A DNA stretch of 64,000 nt from NCBI GenBank assembly GCA_963826525.1, contig CAWGXH010000004.1, positions 1,600,001 to 1,664,000 of the forward strand. The letters run 5' to 3'. Shown here piece after piece: positions 1 through 9,792 of this stretch (position 1 is its first letter; the number at the start of each line of letters is the position of its first letter). Source of the DNA: an uncultured Methanomicrobiaceae archaeon (GTDB lineage: Archaea > Halobacteriota > Methanomicrobia > Methanomicrobiales > Methanoculleaceae). The position numbers were made by a program, and so were the translations under genes. The notes under the pieces are model-generated. The model ran no database searches. It saw only the letters and a list, made by a program, of their open reading frames with translations, and was not told the DNA's origin.

Positions 1-78
1 AGTCCCAGGTAGGGCAATTAACGGCCCCATTACTTCGCTCAGTGCCCCCTCTGCAACGTTCTGTTCGACGACGCTCAT
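1..78 (-). CDS. possible N-terminus of a gene running off the window (MSVVEQNVAEGALSEVMGPLIALPGT...)
   Basis: ATG preceded by SD-like CAGGTG; frame open to the window edge; no recognisable motif. Confidence 0.25.
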   Translation of the reverse strand, partial: MSVVEQNVAEGALSEVMGPLIALPGT

Positions 79-837
79 TGACACCTGGATAACTTCCTGG
101 ATTGTAAGCCGAAGTGATCGAATCGGAAGAGATGCACATCGATAGTTCGCGGTCCCTGGTTCACCGGAGAACAGCATGCCCAGAGCAGAGCGATCGGGCA
201 TTCTTCAGGAGGGGTGAGATGATGGCATAGAGATACCGGATTACCGGGTTTTTCATGCGTATCTGCAGATAACTCGGTTTCGCATCCGGTATGCTAGTTT
301 CTATTGAAAACCGGGACTGGCAGATCCGATGCACCGATGCGGGTTCCATCGATGATTGTCGACGACATGCCCGGGTTTTCAACGTCATGCCCTTCTCGTT
401 TTCCCTTCAGGTATTTCAGGGCAACTGCGATGGTCCGGACAAGCACCGGTTTGCCTTTCATCCGATATTCGGCATGCCGGTGAACGTCCCCGGAGGTGGT
501 GCATCTGTTCCCCGGCCGTGGAGACCCCCGTATTCGGCTCGTGGATCGTGCCGCGGGGGAGCAAGGCAGGTCATGGTTTCATCTGCGATTGCCCGTCCGG
601 TGGATTTTCGAGACGATATCACGAATAAGACCACCAAGCCGTTGTAGCAGGTGAACGGGCAATCCATTGCCCGGTTAATCTAAATACCATCTTCTCGGAG
701 TATCGAAAGATTAGCCGGGCGGTACCACTTCTATCAGGTTTTGAGCATCACTATGTCCTAATATTATCAATTAGTTCAGATAAATTAGAACTCTCCTCCG
801 TTGGGATGAAGGCCGATAAAAATAACTCCTTTTCCAG

Positions 838-852
838 GCGAAAACTATATGT
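838..852 (+). promoter_or_regulatory. putative BRE/TATA promoter of the quinoprotein gene
   Basis: GCGAAAACTATAT; nearly identical GCGAAAAGTATAT at about 5037-5049, at a similar distance upstream of the paralog. Confidence 0.5.
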
Positions 853-990
853 GTGCAATGCTTATATGGGGGGCGTGAGTCTTGTAGAGCTGCATTCATT
901 CACAACGATTTCGCCTCACGGAACCTGCTGGATCACCAGTACTGCCACGGCAAAGACGCCGCTCTTCTCTACAAGGCGGGAGTTGATCGA

Positions 991-2856
991 ATGCCTCTGC
1001 AACGCAACGTAGTGCTGATCCTTCTTCTGGCAGCTCTCCTCATCCCCCTTGCGGCATCCGCACAGGTGACGGGAACGGGCACGCCGACGAATGCAAGTGA
1101 TTGGCCGATGGTAAATTATGATCAGGTCATGAGCCGGAACAGCCAGCAGACCGAGATAAATGCCTCGAACGTCAACCAGCTGGTGATAAAGTGGGTTTTC
1201 AACACCGGTTCGCAGCCCGTGGAGAACACGCCGCTGATCATTAACAACACGACGTATATCCAGAACAATGCCATGAAGGTGTTTGCGGTTGACCTCGCCA
1301 CGGGACTGCCGCGGTGGGTATATGATCCGCACGTGGCCACGACCGCAGGAGAGGTCCCGCGGGCATCCTCATCGCACGGCATGACCTACAGCGACGGCGT
1401 ACTCTACGTCCCGACCGGCCCGCACCAGACGGTGGTCGCACTCAATGCAGCCAACGGATCCCCCATCTGGGAGTCGCCCGTCCTCGCGAACGAGACAGCC
1501 TTCCGGGTCTCGTCTCCCCCGCTGATCTGGAACAACTACGTGATCGTCGGATCCGCCCTCGGTGACAACCCGCCGTTTACGGTCCCGGCGCACGGTTCGG
1601 TAACAGCACTGAACATAGCGAGCGGCTCCATTGTCTGGCAGAACAGCACTGCCGTAGGGCCCTGGATTGAGGGAGCGAACGCGACCCAGCACGGCGGCGC
1701 GACCACCTGGAGCGGCGGCGCCATCGACGACGCGAACGGGATCGCCTATCTGCCCTGTGGAAACCCGGCACCCGACTTCTCCGCAGAGTCGCGAGTAGGC
1801 CCGACGCCCTACGCCAACCACATGATCGCCGTCGACCTTGAGAGCGGCGTCATTACCTGGGCAACGCCATTCATTGCCGAAGGCTCCGTGCTCCCGAACG
1901 TCACGCTGCCGGATACGCACGACTGGGACACCGCCTGGGGCAGCAACCTCGTGACGGCAGGCGGCACGCAGATGGTCATCGGCCACGACAAGCGCGGTGA
2001 CGTCATGGCGATGGATGCCCAGACCGGTTCGCCGATCTGGTGGACGAACGTCGCACACACCTACCGCGTCGAGGCACAGGCCGCGGAGAACGGCAGCGGC
2101 GAGGTCTGGCCTGGTCCGGGTCACGGCGTTGAGTCCTACTCGGCAGTCGACAACAGCACCGTCTATCTCGCTGCGAGCAGCATGGGGATGAACTACTTCC
2201 TCGGCCACGTCGACCCGGTCTTCGACTCCATCGAGAACGGCGTCGGCAACGGGTCGATAACCGCACTCGATCTCACCACCGGACAGGTGAAGTGGAAGGT
2301 GCCGACCGACTTCCCGACCTGGACGTCGCCCCTGGTGACGAACGGCCTGGTCTTCGCGGGGCAGATCACTGCGACCGGAAAACCGTACTCGTACGGACCG
2401 TTCGGGTATTCGACCGACACGCCCCTGATGCCCTCCGGAGTGCTGATGGCACTCGATGCAGGGAACGGATCGACGCTCTGGCAGGCGGACGTCGGTGCTC
2501 CGATCGGTATCGGCGGACCCTCGATCGGCCAGGGAATGCTCATCGTCCCGACCGGCGGCATCCAGACCCCGAATAAGGGCGGCTACGTCGTCGCATTCGG
2601 ATTGCCGTCAGGCAACGTCACACCCACGAGCACGGCGCTGATAGCCGTCAACAACGTCACTAATATCAGCGGTGTTGCGAACGACATCGGCATGTCGTGG
2701 ACTAACACGTCCAATGTTTCCGGCGCGAATCAGACGATGACAAATACATCGGCATCGAGCACAACCACGACAACGACGAACATGTCCAATGTTTCCGGCA
2801 CGAATCAGACGATGACAAATACGTCGCCATCGAACACAACCACGACAACGATGTAA
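991..2856 (+). CDS. secreted PQQ-binding beta-propeller (quinoprotein dehydrogenase-like) protein with Thr/Asn/Ser-rich tail
   Basis: Signal peptide MPLQRNVVLILLLAALLIPLAASA; WPMVNYD N-terminal motif; repeated A(L/V)D..TG..W Trp-docking motifs; GGATTW, GNPAP and DTHDWD motifs; start at ATG 991 after GGGAG. Confidence 0.85.
   Translation: MPLQRNVVLILLLAALLIPLAASAQVTGTGTPTNASDWPMVNYDQVMSRNSQQTEINASNVNQLVIKWVFNTGSQPVENTPLIINNTTYIQNNAMKVFAVDLATGLPRWVYDPHVATTAGEVPRASSSHGMTYSDGVLYVPTGPHQTVVALNAANGSPIWESPVLANETAFRVSSPPLIWNNYVIVGSALGDNPPFTVPAHGSVTALNIASGSIVWQNSTAVGPWIEGANATQHGGATTWSGGAIDDANGIAYLPCGNPAPDFSAESRVGPTPYANHMIAVDLESGVITWATPFIAEGSVLPNVTLPDTHDWDTAWGSNLVTAGGTQMVIGHDKRGDVMAMDAQTGSPIWWTNVAHTYRVEAQAAENGSGEVWPGPGHGVESYSAVDNSTVYLAASSMGMNYFLGHVDPVFDSIENGVGNGSITALDLTTGQVKWKVPTDFPTWTSPLVTNGLVFAGQITATGKPYSYGPFGYSTDTPLMPSGVLMALDAGNGSTLWQADVGAPIGIGGPSIGQGMLIVPTGGIQTPNKGGYVVAFGLPSGNVTPTSTALIAVNNVTNISGVANDIGMSWTNTSNVSGANQTMTNTSASSTTTTTTNMSNVSGTNQTMTNTSPSNTTTTTM
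2704..2853 (+). repeat. two-copy 75-bp tandem repeat encoding N(T/M)SNVSG(A/T)NQTMTNTS...TTTTT
   Basis: TCCAATGTTTCCGGC(G/A)CGAATCAGACGATGACAAATAC at 2710 and 2785. Confidence 0.9.
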
Positions 2857-3534
2857 CTCCGGGGGGTTAGAGTGAGACATTGATCCGACAGCACGGAAAA
2901 CCGCATAGAACATGCGCAAGGTGACGGTGCACTTCGACGGCACGGGCAACGGTAGATCACGACGTTACGTGGTCTACCAGACACTCCATGCCCTGATCGT
3001 CACCCCCTGCAACTATGATCGACATCTTCACCGCACCAGGCCAAGGTCGGACACCGACCCCTTCCGGTGCCTGTTGTCAACACCAGAGCAGATGAACGAA
3101 CAGATGCGTACCTTGATCTCGGGTTGACGGAAGCGGTGGGACAAATCGACCTCCCTTTTTTTATCTACCGATCAGGTTTCTATGGCTCCGCCTCAGCGTC
3201 GTCTGAGCGGTTGCGTGTTCCCGGGCGGGAAAGCGTATCCGCTTCCAAAGGGCAGGTACAATTGGCCGGAGAGGTGTCCATCTCCCCGCTAATGAGGCTC
3301 CCGCCGGGGCATTTCACCGACCGGAACCATTACATCATCCAAAGATGGTCAAATCCGCTAAAACCTATAGAAGTTGCTGCTCTCGTGCACCATATGCAAC
3401 AAGATTACGGAGGTTTGCCGGCTCCACGATGCTTGATGAAGCCCCGACACCGCGGTTGAGCGGAACTATTCGCAAGGCGAGAGGTCACGAACGACGGGAA
3501 AGCATATATGGCACGAACATTATTATTCGCCTCG

Positions 3535-4771
3535 ATGTATGTAAAAGTCGGAATGTTGGTTCTCCTCTTCGTTATCGGGGCAGCATCCCTGGGGGCGGGA
3601 TGCGTTGGACCACCCGGAAATATCACAACTCCGACGCCGACACCCACGACGCCGGTCACAACGACGCAACCCACAGCGGCACCGGCAGAGACCACTCAGG
3701 CCGCAGGGTCCACCACGAGCATGACTCCGGGAGTGATCGCCGGAACCGGCACGCCCGGCATAACTATCCTATTCCCGCAGCCATATTCTGCGGTCACCTC
3801 GACCGATGTTGAGGTCGGTGTGTTGGTCGATAACTTCAGTCTTGGGGAATCGGGGTCCGCGGGGCATATCATCTATTACCTGGATGCGCAGGCCGTAACC
3901 GCTCGGAACGTATCCGCGAACATGACTTTGACCTCATCGAACGGCACCTTTGCAGTCTCGACCAATACCACCTATACCTGGAAGAATCTCTCACCCGGTA
4001 ACCATGGTTTTGCGGTGGAACTGGTGGATCAGAATAACAAACCGCTCGAACCGCCGGTAATGGCTGTGTCCGAACCGGTGGTTGTAGGACCGAACGCCAC
4101 TGCTCCACCGACGCCCACAGGTCCTATACTCACGTTGGGAACCATCACGCCGCTCCCGCCTGTTACATCACAAGCGACGAACACAACGGCGACATCGGCC
4201 GCGACCACAGCGGCAACGAATGCTACCACGGGAACGACAGCCACGACAGCAACCCCATCCGCGGCGGTAGCAAATGTAACCACGACGGCCACCCCGACAG
4301 CGACCACAACTGCGACGAATGTAACCACAACAGCCACAACCGCAATGAATACCACGGCGGCGACGGCAACACCCACGGCAAACGCGACCCCGACGGGGAC
4401 GTCTTCATCCACGTCGTATACCGTGAAGACCAGCCTCGACCAGTCAGCTGGGGACATTCCTGGTCGATGGGAAGGGAATGACCCTGTACAACTTCACGGC
4501 CGACTCCAGGGATAAGAGTTCCTGCACCGGAGGATGCGTGAATGCGTGGCCGGTCTTCTATGCCTCGTCGATATCTGTCCCGTCCGATCTGAAAGCGTCC
4601 GACTTCACCTCGTTTACCCGGAGTGACGGGTCGAAGCAGACCGCATACAAGGGAATGCCCCTGTACTATTATATCGGGGATTCATCGGCGGGTCAGACCA
4701 CAGGACAGGGACTGAATCAGTTCGGCGGCCTCTGGTACGTCGTCCCCCCGGATTCCCCCGGGTATTCATAA
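3535..4771 (+). CDS. lipoprotein with Ig-like domain, Thr-rich linker and C-terminal COG4315/Lipoprotein_15 (Yx[FWY]xxD) domain; frameshift near 4445
   Basis: Lipobox-like LGAGC; ORFs 3508..4515 and 4478..4771 join to give ...GTFLVDGKGMTLYNFTAD..C.GGC..AWP...Q.AYKGMPLYYYIGD...G.WYVV. Confidence 0.8.
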
Positions 4772-4776
4772 CCTCA

Positions 4777-4783
4777 TTTTTTG
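4777..4783 (+). terminator. oligo-T archaeal terminator
   Basis: T-run just after the stop at 4771. Confidence 0.5.
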
Positions 4784-5179
4784 CCGCTCCCGGCACACCT
4801 TCGCGGACCCGGTATCCCGTGCGCAGACCCTCCCGGGCATTGCGGCTGTTCGTGAACCCATTCCCGGCGGAACCGCGTCGTTGAAGCAGATGGCCGCAGA
4901 TCCCGGGCTTTTCAGAACAACGCTCCTTTCGACCTGAGCGCGATATTCCATGAACAATAAGAACCGGGCGAGTTATAATAATTGAGGCCTGCCCCTCTTT
5001 TGAGCACCCGGCAGCAAAATGAGTTTGGTTTTGCATGCGAAAAGTATATCTTCCCTATGTCGGTAAGGAGTGGCCGAGTCCTGCAGGGGTGCACCATCCA
5101 CTGTGACAATCTCTCGCCGTATCCCCAACGCCGCCGCGACACAGCCGCCGTTCTTCTCTGCAGGGTGGGAGTTGAGAGA

Positions 5180-5909
5180 ATGGTTTTGCAACGCAGAGTC
5201 GTGCCCATCCTGATACTGGCAGTTCTCTTCATTCCTCTCGCGGTATCCGCGCAGACGATGGGAATGAACACATCGACGAATGCAAGCGAGTGGACGATGG
5301 TGAATTACGACCAGGTCATGAGCCGGTCAGGGTATTGAAGCCTACACCGCCGTCGACAACGACACGCTCTATGCCGACGTGAGCAACGGGGCGTTCCGGT
5401 TCTACACCAACGACACGGTCTACCCGGTCTACAATGCGATGCCTGGCGGCATCGGCAATGGGTCGGTGATGGCGGTCGATCTCGCGACCGGACAGTTGAA
5501 GCGGAAGTATGATACGCTGTTCCCGACCTGGACGTCTCCCCTGGTGACGAACGGCGTGGTCTTTGCCGGGCACATCACCGCGACCGGCTGGCCGTATAAG
5601 CCCAGCGCATACGGCGGACCGGAGAAGGGTACGCCCCTTACGCCGTCCGGTATCCTTCTTGCGCTGGATAAAGACACCGGCGAACTCCTGTGGCAGGTGA
5701 ACGTCGGCGCCCAGGTGGGAATCGGCGGCCCCTCCATCGGACAGGGCATGCTCATCGTTCCGACCGGCGGCATCCAGACGCCGAACACGGGCGGATACAT
5801 CGTCGCCTTCGGGCTCCCCGAAACGGGCATGCCCAACGTCACGCAGGAATCAGAGCAGATCCGTGCTCAGCTGACGCCTTCCCCGACATCCGGGTCGGGC
5901 GGAGGGTAA
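5180..5909 (+). pseudogene. internally deleted paralog of the PQQ beta-propeller gene
   Basis: Signal peptide and WTMVNYDQVMSR match the N-terminus of 991..2856; sequence then jumps out of frame to GQGIEAYTAVDNDT (GHGVESYSAVDNST in copy 1); C-terminal GIGGPSIGQGMLIVPTGGIQTPN is identical. Confidence 0.85.
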
Positions 5910-5970
5910 CCCGGCACGACGTCGACCCGACCCGGGTGGGAGGCCTTCCTGTCTCCCGCCTCTCCTTTCT

Positions 5971-7266
5971 TCACCGGGCATGGCGCCGCTTTTCGGGCCG
6001 TGTAGCGCGATAGGCCCACTCGATCGCGATCGCAAGGCCGAGCATTCCGGCAAGCACCCCTATCTTGGTGGGATCGTTCCGGAGGACGTACCAGATGATG
6101 GCGGCAAACGCCCCGATACACCCGATGCACCCCAGCATCGGTATATATCGGTTGCTCTCCGTCTGCTCCGCCAGCCGGAGGTTCGCCAGGTTCACGGCAG
6201 CGAAGATCAGGAGAAATCCGGTGCTGCCCATGGCAGAGATGCTGGAGAGGTCGAGGAGGTTGGCGACGAGCAGGGTTGCTCCGGTGGTGATGAGCAGCCC
6301 TTCAAGCGGCCGGTTCCAGATCTTCCTCTCAAGGAACGCCGGCAGTTCGCCGTCTTTTGCGATGATGTAACTGATCCGGGAGGCGCCATAGAAGGTCGCA
6401 TTGATTGCCGACGTCGTCGAGAGCATGGCGGCGGCCGCGATGAGGGCGAAACCTGCCTGGCCCATGAAGGGTCTCGCCGCTTCGGCGAGCGCATAGTCGC
6501 GGGCGGCGACGATCTGGTCGACCGGGAGCGTCCCCACCGCCACGATCGCTATTGCGATGTACAGCGCGATGACGAATACGACTGCCGTAAAATACGCTCT
6601 CGGAAGATTCTTGCGGGGATCTCTGACGTCTTCCGCGGTGTTTGCAATCAGCTCGAACCCTTCGTAGGCCACGAAGATGATCATCCCGCCGGCGATCAGG
6701 CTGGTGAACGGCGACCAGGCTGCCGGCTCGAGGTACGCAGTATCGATCCCGCGGATGCCGAGGGCGATGAAGAGGAGCAGGATGGCAAGCTTCAGCCCGA
6801 CAATCAGATCCTCCGCCTGGCCGATGATCTTTGCACCGAGGGCATTGAGGGCGGCGATGGCAAGCACGCTCGCTGAGATGAGAATGTGCTGCCAGACCGG
6901 ACGAACAGCCTCCGGAAAGAAGGTGGAGCCGTAACTCCCGAAGGCGTAGGCGTAGAGCGAGAGCATGACGACGTAGCTGATCCAGAGCAGCATGTTGAGG
7001 CTCCCGGTGAAAAGGCCGGTGCCGAACGCCTTATTCAGGAATGTAATGGTTCCGCCCTGGCTCGGGAAGGCCACGGAGAGGCGTGCATAAGAGTAGGTGG
7101 TGATCAGGGCGACGGCACCGGCAATGGCGAAGGCAATCGGGGTGCCGCCTTCCGCGAGGGCCACTGCGAGGCCGAGAACGGCGAATATCCCGCCGCCGAC
7201 CATGCCGCCGATCCCGATCGCGATAGCCTCCAGAAGGCCGATACCCTTCTTTTCGTCGGTCTTCAT
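5971..7266 (-). CDS. APC family amino acid permease
   Basis: GIGGMVGGGIF TM1 motif; FVAYEGFE TM6 motif; DPRKNLPRA; about 12 hydrophobic segments. Confidence 0.92.
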   Translation of the reverse strand: MKTDEKKGIGLLEAIAIGIGGMVGGGIFAVLGLAVALAEGGTPIAFAIAGAVALITTYSYARLSVAFPSQGGTITFLNKAFGTGLFTGSLNMLLWISYVVMLSLYAYAFGSYGSTFFPEAVRPVWQHILISASVLAIAALNALGAKIIGQAEDLIVGLKLAILLLFIALGIRGIDTAYLEPAAWSPFTSLIAGGMIIFVAYEGFELIANTAEDVRDPRKNLPRAYFTAVVFVIALYIAIAIVAVGTLPVDQIVAARDYALAEAARPFMGQAGFALIAAAAMLSTTSAINATFYGASRISYIIAKDGELPAFLERKIWNRPLEGLLITTGATLLVANLLDLSSISAMGSTGFLLIFAAVNLANLRLAEQTESNRYIPMLGCIGCIGAFAAIIWYVLRNDPTKIGVLAGMLGLAIAIEWAYRATRPEKRRHAR

Positions 7267-7331
7267 GCCAGGTCCTCCCGAGCGGTGCGGTGGAAACCCC
7301 CTCCCCGGGTATTTCTGCCCGTCCGTATGCG

Positions 7332-7349
7332 CCGAAGGTTTTAATATCC
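7332..7349 (+). promoter_or_regulatory. putative BRE/TATA promoter of the USP operon
   Basis: CCGAAGGTTTTAATA about 75 bp upstream of ATG 7419. Confidence 0.5.
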
Positions 7350-7418
7350 TCCGAATCGTTCAGTGGCACGTTTCAATCCCGGTTCCACGCAGCATCAAGT
7401 ATTACACGGATGTGACTC

Positions 7419-8625
7419 ATGTACCAGCAGATTCTTATCGCGGTGGACGGTTCGGCATGCTCCGACCTTGCACAGGATGCTGCGGTCGCCCTTGCGGCTG
7501 CAGGAGAGGGGAGCCGCCTGCTGGGCTGCCATGTCTACGCCGCCCGGATGCACCGCACCCGGTTCGAGGATATGGAACCCGGCCTTCCCGGAGCGTATCA
7601 AGAGGAGGAGCGGCTCGGCTACCTCCGGAATACACACGATGACCTCATCTCCGAGGGTATGACGCTCATCTCCGACGCCTATCTCGCTCCTCTTGCCCGG
7701 GCGGCTGATAACCAGGGGATTGCATGCGAGTGCGTTGCACCGGAGGGGCGAAACTACGTCGAACTCCTCCGGCTGATCCGCGAGCGGCAGCCCGGCCTCA
7801 TTGTCCTCGGGGCGACCGGTCACGGTGCGGAGCCTGGCTCAGAGCTCGGCAGCCTCACGGAACGGACGCTCATTGCCGGACGGGGAGGCGACACCCTGAT
7901 CGTGCGGAGGCCCTGGACCTTCAGGAACCGGCCTGTTGTCGTCGGCGTCGACGGGAGCCAGAACAGCTATGCCGCTCTCGTCCGGGCGATCGAGATCGCC
8001 GCCGCCTTCGAAACGACGGTGAAGGCGGTTGCGGTGTACGATCCCTTCTTCCATAGCGGGGTCTTCGGCACCATTGCCGGCGCGCTGCCTGCCGAGGCGC
8101 AGAAACGGTTTAACTTCGCCGCCCAGGAGCAGGCTTCACGACGAGATCATCGACCAGGGGCTCGAGCGTCTCTACCGGACGAACCTGGAACGGGGAGCCC
8201 GTTTTGCCAGTTCGCGAGGCTTTACGGTGGAGACGGAGGTGCTCGCCGGCAAAGTCTCCACGAAGCTCCTCCACTACGCCGCCGCCGTCGGGGCGGGACT
8301 CGTGGTAGTCGGCCGCTTCGGGCTCCACCGGGAGAGCGAGGCACTTATCGGCTCGAACGCCCATACACTCGCCCGCACCGGCACGACGAACGTGCTCGTC
8401 GTAGAGCCGCCGAAGGTGCCGATTACGCTGCCGGAAGCACCCGTCGAACAGGCACCCGCGCTCACCTGGACGCCGGAAGCGGAGGCGATCCTCCGGCGGA
8501 TACCCCCGTTTGCACAAGGGATGGCAAAGACCGCCATCGAGGAGTACGCACGTGGCGAGGGTCTCGCTGAGGTCACGGAGTCGGCCGTCAGGGACGTCTC
8601 CCGGCGGTTCGGGATGGGGGGATGA
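7419..8625 (+). CDS. tandem universal stress protein with C-terminal PCP_red-like domain; frameshift near 8130
   Basis: ILIAVDGS and VVVGVDGS USP starts; LIVLGATG..LGS and VVGRFG..IGS ATP loops; C-terminal WTPEAEAILRRIPPFAQGMAKTAIEEYA (BchB C-terminal-like). Confidence 0.85.
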
Positions 8626-8629
8626 GCCG

Positions 8630-8827
8630 ATGATCCCCGATGCCCAGGTGGTCGTCTTCATCAAGGTCAAACGGTTCGCTCCCGACTTCCACCGGCATAT
8701 CCTGAAAGGGAAGGTCATGGGTCAGGTCGTCCGGCCGGGAGAGAAGATCCTCGTCTACGAAGTCGCCGAGACGGTTCCCCCCGGCACGGTCAGGATCACC
8801 CAGACAAGCCATATTGAGTTCCGATGA
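8630..8827 (+). CDS. 65-aa protein resembling the CDC48/VAT N-terminal subdomain 2 (DUF6849-like)
   Basis: HILKGKVMGQVVRPGEKI..YEVAETVPPGTVRITQTSHIEF; 4 bp after the USP stop and overlapping the ABC start (ATGA). Confidence 0.6.
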   Translation: MIPDAQVVVFIKVKRFAPDFHRHILKGKVMGQVVRPGEKILVYEVAETVPPGTVRITQTSHIEFR

Positions 8828-9792
8828 GTGCCGAAGAGACTGTATCGATCCGGAGCGTGGAGAAGCGCTACGGAAGCATCCGTGCGCTCGACGGAGTCAC
8901 ACTCACCGTCGCGAAAGGGGAGATTGTCGCGCTCCTCGGGTCGAACGGCTCGGGAAAGTCCACGCTGCTGAAGATCGTGGCGGGGCTCGTCCCGCAGGAC
9001 CGGGGCGGCGTCGCTCTCTTCGGCCGGGAGACGGGGGCGGACCAGGGGGTGCGGCGGGAGATCGGAATGCTCTTTGACCACTCTGCCCACTGGGACGCGC
9101 TCACCGGGTTTGAGAATGCCTGGTACTTTGCCCGCTCATACGGCCTGAAACCGGACGATGCCTGCGGACGGCTCGAACGCCTCTTCTCCAGCATGGCGCT
9201 CGCCGACCGGCGGGACGATCCGGTCTTTACTTACTCCTACGGGATGCGGCGCAAGCTCGCCCTCATCGAAGCGCTGGTGCACGAGCCTGCCCTTCTCCTG
9301 CTCGACGAACCGTCGATCGGCCTCGACTACCAGGCGAGGGTCGCCCTCACCACCCGGCTGCGCGAGGAGGCGGAGCGGGGGGCGACGGTCATCTTCTCGA
9401 CGAACGACGTCCATGAGGCGGCAGGCGTCGCCGACCGGGTCGCCCTCTTCGACCGGGGACGGCTGCTTATCGAGGGAGAACCGTCCGTGCTCGTCGGTTC
9501 GCTGAAGGGCAGGATGACGATTGACCTGGCACTGGCAACGCCGGTGCATATGCAACCGCTGCTCGCGATGGCCGGCGTCGAGGGAGCCCGGGCGGATGAA
9601 CGGGACGGCGTGTTCGTGCTCACGATCATCGCCTCACCGGACGGGTCTTCCTCCGGAGCGTCTGCTCTTCTCGGCCGGGTCGTACAGGAGGTGGCACGGC
9701 AGGGCGGTGCTATCCTGAGCGTTGCTATGCGGGCACCTGGGCTAGAAGACGTATTTCTCGCGTTCATGGGGAAGCCATCCGATGCTCCCTGA
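8824..9792 (+). CDS. ABC transporter ATP-binding protein (DrrA/CcmA-like exporter)
   Basis: Walker A GSNGSGKST; signature YSYGMRRK; Walker B LLLLDEP; H-loop reads STN. Confidence 0.92.
   Translation: MSAEETVSIRSVEKRYGSIRALDGVTLTVAKGEIVALLGSNGSGKSTLLKIVAGLVPQDRGGVALFGRETGADQGVRREIGMLFDHSAHWDALTGFENAWYFARSYGLKPDDACGRLERLFSSMALADRRDDPVFTYSYGMRRKLALIEALVHEPALLLLDEPSIGLDYQARVALTTRLREEAERGATVIFSTNDVHEAAGVADRVALFDRGRLLIEGEPSVLVGSLKGRMTIDLALATPVHMQPLLAMAGVEGARADERDGVFVLTIIASPDGSSSGASALLGRVVQEVARQGGAILSVAMRAPGLEDVFLAFMGKPSDAP

Noticed and set aside
161-720. Several short overlapping ORFs
   Set aside because: No motifs and no consistent coding signal
853-990. Longer ORF-track start for the quinoprotein
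   Set aside because: The signal peptide, SD-like sequence and paralog alignment all point to ATG 991
2912-3127. MRKVTVHFDGTGN resembles the DUF2235 N-terminal FDGTGN motif
   Set aside because: Similarity stops after the motif; too short to support a call
4170-4400. Short repeats in the Thr-rich linker as a possible CRISPR or VNTR
   Set aside because: Degenerate codon-level repeats within a CDS, with no repeat-spacer structure
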